Source: Leidyana gryllorum EB-2025a
Taxonomy: Eukaryota > Protista > Apicomplexa
Assembly: GCA_048772705.1 (NCBI GenBank)
Contig: JBLWGC010000194.1
Span: 154,183 to 218,182, forward strand
Length of the DNA: 64,000 bases
Reading direction: 5' to 3'
The notes under the pieces were generated by a model. That model saw only the letters and a list, made by a program, of their open reading frames with translations, was not told the DNA's origin and did no database searches. The position numbers were made by a program, and so were the translations under genes. Positions 59,666-64,000 of this stretch are shown in pieces (position 1 is the first letter of the stretch; each line of letters opens with the position of its first letter).

Positions 59666-60196
59666 TTAGGCTCCGTCGAACTCAGGGGGCAAAGTCAGTT
59701 TTGTCATAGTAAAGATAGAAGCGTCAGAGAGAACTTTCGCTGTTTTCTTGATAGACAGAGGCTTCCCAGATTTTGAAGCTCCGGTGGCAGTCAGTTTGCC
59801 AAAGTAAACCTTCCCACCCGAGAAAACAATAGGGGTTCCGGTGACTGTGTCTAAGTAGCCGCCATTGTCTTTGGCGTATTTTGCCAGCTCTTCGTATGTT
59901 TTCATAACTCTGGGTACATCGACCACTGCGCTCATGATGAGATTCTCTGCGAGGTCTGAGTCAGACAATAGGTTTTTGTAGAGGTTGGGGTCGGATTTCC
60001 ATGCATCGTCAGAGGGGAGCACAACCACCAAATTCCGTCCAGCAGCTTGACTGAGCAGGTTGGAGTGTTTCAAAGCCAGTTTTTGACTCTTTTTTAAGCT
60101 TCCGCCATTTCCCTTCTTGATCCACTCCACCAAGGTTTCAGCTGAAGCCAGGTGAGCCAGATAAAGGGTGGCTGTGATCAAGACAGTGATAATCAT
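59666..60196 (-). CDS. Secreted fasciclin (FAS1)-like domain protein
   Basis: Signal peptide MIITVLITATLYLAHLASA. LVVVLPSDDAW corresponds to the H1 motif TVFAPTDxAF, and IFTMTKLTLPP to the H2 motif IHxIDxVLxP. Confidence 0.7.
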   Translation of the reverse strand: MIITVLITATLYLAHLASAETLVEWIKKGNGGSLKKSQKLALKHSNLLSQAAGRNLVVVLPSDDAWKSDPNLYKNLLSDSDLAENLIMSAVVDVPRVMKTYEELAKYAKDNGGYLDTVTGTPIVFSGGKVYFGKLTATGASKSGKPLSIKKTAKVLSDASIFTMTKLTLPPEFDGA

Positions 60197-60267
60197 TGTG
60201 AAGTGAAAGTGCACCTCACCGGCAAATATTTGAACACACTAATAGCAAGAGCGTAGGTTAACGCAGA

Positions 60268-61716
60268 ATGACTGTAAGCTCTCCTGAACTAACGGGAGGT
60301 GGTATGGATGGCGGAGGTACGGCCATGCCAGTGGTGGCGCGTACACCGCTGGCGCCGCATCTGAAACAAGCTTTTGGTTGTGATGCCGAAACCTATGCGG
60401 CCAATCTGTTATCTGAAAGTCGGGGGATTTATGCATACACCACCACAGAAACAAGTATTCTGTCAGCGGACGGTCCCGTGGCTACAACGCCCTGTATAGA
60501 TCAGTTCATGCCCTCTGTAGATTGTAACAGCGTACGGGCCAAAGGTGTGACCCCGGCATATGGGGGGTGTCACGTCATTCAAGAGGAAGATGAGGTGGCA
60601 GCCGAATTGCAAGGAGAGGACAGAGTGGTGCCCCAACAAGACTCAGATTACCAGAGTGATGAGAACGATGACGAAGTTTGTGAGCCTCCGCCTCTCCTCG
60701 GGAGCCCAAAGGGCTTTTTTGGTTCCCCTGCGCCCCGCACGGATTGTCTGCGAACCCCCAACATGTTACCGATCGCGGGCCCGAGTGATGAGAATCGTGC
60801 GCCTTTTGGCTCCGGCCGTCATAGCTGGACAGACGGTCGGCTAACGGCCAGCTTTGGAGGGCCAACGCCTTTGAGTGATGCCTTCGTGACAGACGCCGAC
60901 AGGCAGCCCACACAACATACTGGGTATGTGAGGGCGGCTGCTGCAAGCTTTTCGGTCATGGTGGGAAGGATCAAGAGGCGCAAGAGGGTGGTAGTCCCTC
61001 CTCATCCTGGTATGGACGAAATGTCGTGCGAGCGAAAGTTTCAAGAACTACAGCGACATTATGTCTGCTTGATAGGGTGAGTGAAGGAGAGTCCACGGAG
61101 TCAACGTCAGGCTCCCCTTCTGTTAGTCTGACAGCATCGGAGCTTCCGATGGCTGAAACTCAGTTGAGGAAGTTAGGGTTCAAGGTTACGTGCCGAGGTA
61201 AAATGGCTCCCTTTCTTCCTATTGTGACGCGCGTGTTGTTGTTATTCTAGTGAAAATGGGCGGGAATCGTCAATATGTGCGATTGGCCGGCCCCCCGAAC
61301 GAACGTCTGCGGCTGTGAGTGACCGTAATGGTGGCGTTTTACAGGTTGTTTATGTAGTATCCGACGTAAGGTGTTAGCAATGTTGGACAAACACGGCCGC
61401 AAAACGCGGATGGTGGCTCTTAGTTTGCCCCAAAGGGACACAGATGTGTTGAATGAGTTATGGCACTTCAAAGGTATCCAACGCTGTGTGTTATGCACGT
61501 CTCCGCCAATTGATACTGAACTCAGAGGTTGCGACCAGAGACAAGATTGTGATGATTCGGCCAGAAGATCAATTCTTCAATAAATGGCTATTACCTGTTA
61601 CTCGAATTCTGTCAAGATGGCCTCAATGCTTGAATATATTAAAGTTGTTCGATGCGATAATTCCTTTTCCCGAGTTTTCAAATCAGATTGAAGCATCTGA
61701 CTTAGTTAGAGGATGA
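60268..61716 (+). CDS. Hypothetical multi-exon protein with a disordered N-terminal half and a folded C-terminal domain
   Basis: ORFs at 60268-61080, 61026-61250, 61371-61583 and 61453-61716 join at GT-AG introns. Confidence 0.65.
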
Positions 61717-61752
61717 AAAAATCAGAATATTGTTTGCCTTCACCAATCAGCA

Positions 61753-63871
61753 TTAGTGTTTTAGTTCGATAGCAATGTCTCCGAAGGGGGCGTCCTGATG
61801 GATATCTGCCAGACCTTTAGTCCCCAAAACTAAAATCTGAACTAATGTTTTGGCCACAACTCCTCTTGGGCGACCGGCAGCTATCTCAGTGAAGCTCACA
61901 GTGGGCTGGCGGGTAACAGCAGCGTGATCTTTGAGGTGGTCCAGCAGCTCCAATGCTGCATGGCGCTTCTGGCCGGAAGAACCTGAGGACGAAGTTGTGC
62001 CCGACTTGCGGGCGAGTTTGTCCAGAAGTGAGCCACCCAGGTCAGGCTGCGCTCGGAGAGCGATTGAACCGGTCGAGACTGTTGCGGTGAAGAAACCGCT
62101 CTCACTGCTCCCCGCCAGGAGATCGTTGCCTCCTTCTGACATGACTCCATCATCAGTTGATTTGTGCTTAATGTCAATATTTCGACGCTCGCGTCTATGA
62201 TCTTCTTCTGATGTTTCTCGGCTAAGACCGGTCAACGTCTCTCCCAAGGCAAATTGATCATCGTGATATCTCCGATCGCCCGCATATCGACGCTGTCCGG
62301 TCCAGCCGTAGTCGTATACCCTTCCCAAAAATGTACCCAGAGACCCCTGGAAAGGGAAGGTGATATGTCTCGTCGTCCGTCACTTACCCTAATGTAATTT
62401 GAGGGATAGGTGGGCAGTTGGCAGATCCACAAATGCTGAACCGGCAATTTCTCGGCCTTGACAACATCGACTTGTCTCAACGCCTTTCCTCCCCGCCTGG
62501 TGGCTCGATTTATGCTCGAATCACAACACGCGTCCTTGTTGGATCCGAATCGCGCGATCTTTGTTTCTACTCGCGAACGATGAGTCGAGGAAGTGGAAGC
62601 GCGACGATTGACGCGTCGCCGGGCAGTGGCCGACTCAGCGGCCTCTGACACGAGCACCTCGGGCTCGGACACCCCATTTTTCTCTTCCTCGCTGGACGAT
62701 GCGTCTTCTTCCTCGCTGGACGGAAAAGGGCTTCGACCTCGCAAACTCGACCGTCGACTGCTTCTGACCTCTGGAGCCCCTTCCCATTCCATTTCGTGAA
62801 ACTCTGGCGTGTGTGGTGACAACGGAACCTCCGACTCAGTCATTTGCCTATCTGTGTGGGGGGAGACGGGTGGGGAAGCAAAATCCAAGGTTCGTGTTTC
62901 CACTTGGGGCAAACTAATATCATCGACTCTGTCCAAATCCCCAACGCTGGACTCATTCCTCGGTGTCATCCATGGGCTGGACGCAACAGAGTGTTGTCTC
63001 TCTATTTTGGGCAGCCACTCAGCCGAGGGGGTACCGGCAGGTATCCATCCGAGTGCCGCCAAAGCTGTCGGGGGCGGTGGGTTCGCCACGTGCCGGGCTT
63101 TGAATTGGCGCAACATCTCTTCGATTTCTTCCCATTTCACGTCTGTTGTTGTGGCGTGCGATAAGCTTTGCGACCCTATCTCACCTTCAACAAAGTCAAT
63201 ACCTTCTGCAGGATCCAAGTTCTCGGGCTGATCCCCGTCCAGATCAATGAAAGCCTCTGGTCCTACCGGGCGACAGGGCTTGACTGTAAATTGCCCGTCC
63301 AGCATCTCGGCTGGGTCGCTCATTGCCCTCAACCATTTCACTCTCTCTGCGGCTCGCTCACTCAGACCCAACACATCGGCCTCTGGCACTTCAAACAAAG
63401 GCTCATCACTTCTGCGCCGGGACCGTTTCGGCCTTACGGCCACTTTCTCGTTTGCTTCGGTAACATCCAGCTGCCGCACGTGTCAACATACACACACGAG
63501 TATACCTTACCCGGTCATAGCAGGCTCGCACGTGCTGGTGATACTCTTCGGTGGCCTCCCGCAGTACAGCCACACAGTGGTCCAGCAGTCCAACGGTGCG
63601 GCGGAAGTTGAGTTCTGTGGACCAAATGAAAAAGCATCGACTGAGCACAGGGTGTACCTTCAGCGTAGTGCAAAAGTTGCTGAATATGCTCCTTCAACGA
63701 TCGACGCAGCCGGGCGGAAGTTGCGCTCTTGAAATGATTAAACCACTCAGTAAACTCGTCTCGCGGCTCTTCGTCAGAGCTTTCGGCGGCCACGGGAGCT
63801 GCGACCCGACGACGCCGTGATGGTGTCTCTGTTGAACTCGATGGACGTGCGCGTTTGGCGTGCGAGGACAT
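61753..63871 (-). CDS. Divergent Rad21/Rec8-family cohesin kleisin
   Basis: The C-terminal winged-helix signature reads VSFTEIAAGRPRGVVAKTLVQILVL..IHQDAPFGDIAI. N-terminal ELNFRRTVGLL..V resembles LxLRxSGxLLxGV. Three introns, e.g. 63657-63615. Confidence 0.78.
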
Positions 63872-63907
63872 TGAGGTGCAAAGTTTGTGAAACCACTTTC
63901 AACCACA
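63872..63907. promoter_or_regulatory. Candidate minimal bidirectional promoter/initiator (CAAAGTTTG)
   Basis: 36-nt divergent interval with the near-palindrome caaagtttg, which reads CAAA-x-TTTG on both strands. Confidence 0.35.
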
Positions 63908-64000
63908 ATGGCGCGGTCGTCGCAGCACTGCCTCAAACCTCAACGCCGCTATGTTGGCCTCTCCACAATGTACGGATTTGATCTTTTCACACCGACCGAG
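63908..64000 (+). CDS. Partial gene at the window end, possibly like the serine palmitoyltransferase small subunit
   Basis: ATG 63908 is open to the end (MARSSQHCLKPQRRYVGLSTMYGFDLFTPTE). The tail weakly resembles the ssSPT motif YxLxPxE. Confidence 0.3.
   Translation, partial: MARSSQHCLKPQRRYVGLSTMYGFDLFTPTE

Noticed and set aside
53539-63871. Functional cluster of chromosome genes (CAP-G2 and a kleisin)
   Set aside because: They belong to different SMC complexes and are separated by unrelated genes; chance is sufficient.
1-64000. Bacterial origin, polyadenylation-completed stop codons, or non-canonical introns
   Set aside because: The genes are eukaryote-specific with GT-AG introns, and every complete gene model has a genomically encoded stop.
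1-64000. tRNA, rRNA and transposable elements
   Set aside because: None recognised by eye, and little non-coding space exists; a tRNAscan or Infernal run would be needed to exclude small RNAs.

Overview
This is a very gene-dense eukaryotic nuclear segment, not prokaryotic DNA. It holds about 29 protein-coding genes interrupted by short GT-AG spliceosomal introns, mostly about 40-60 nt. The style of the proteins suggests an apicomplexan or gregarine-like alveolate, but that is inference and was not checked. Genes recognised after splicing by hand: RAB3GAP2 N-domain protein, STT3, FAN1, three tandem SV2-like MFS transporters, GPN2, CSE1/exportin-2, a Hobbit/FMP27/BLTP2 lipid-bridge protein, SAC3/GANP, lipoate-protein ligase, NMD3, condensin II CAP-G2, a GPR1/FUN34/YaaH (SatP) channel, a fasciclin protein and a Rad21/Rec8 kleisin. 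Unnamed genes include a giant PH-like/LRR/Lys-Gly-Pro protein, a PSI-like surface protein, and a tandem pair sharing an N-terminal LCCCF motif, one with a three-level coding repeat. The most striking property is the gene packing. Co-directional genes meet with ATGA stop/start overlaps (twice) or gaps of 2-51 nt. Six of eight divergent pairs have only about 19-45 nt between ATGs, and two convergent pairs overlap within their coding ends. An A-tract/T-tract motif (AAAWWTT-like) recurs just upstream of many ATGs, sometimes inside the last codons of the neighbouring gene. This points to polycistronic or overlapping transcription, or to minimal bidirectional initiators. No tRNA, rRNA, CRISPR array or mobile element was recognised. 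All family calls come from remembered motifs, and exon boundaries are manual predictions.
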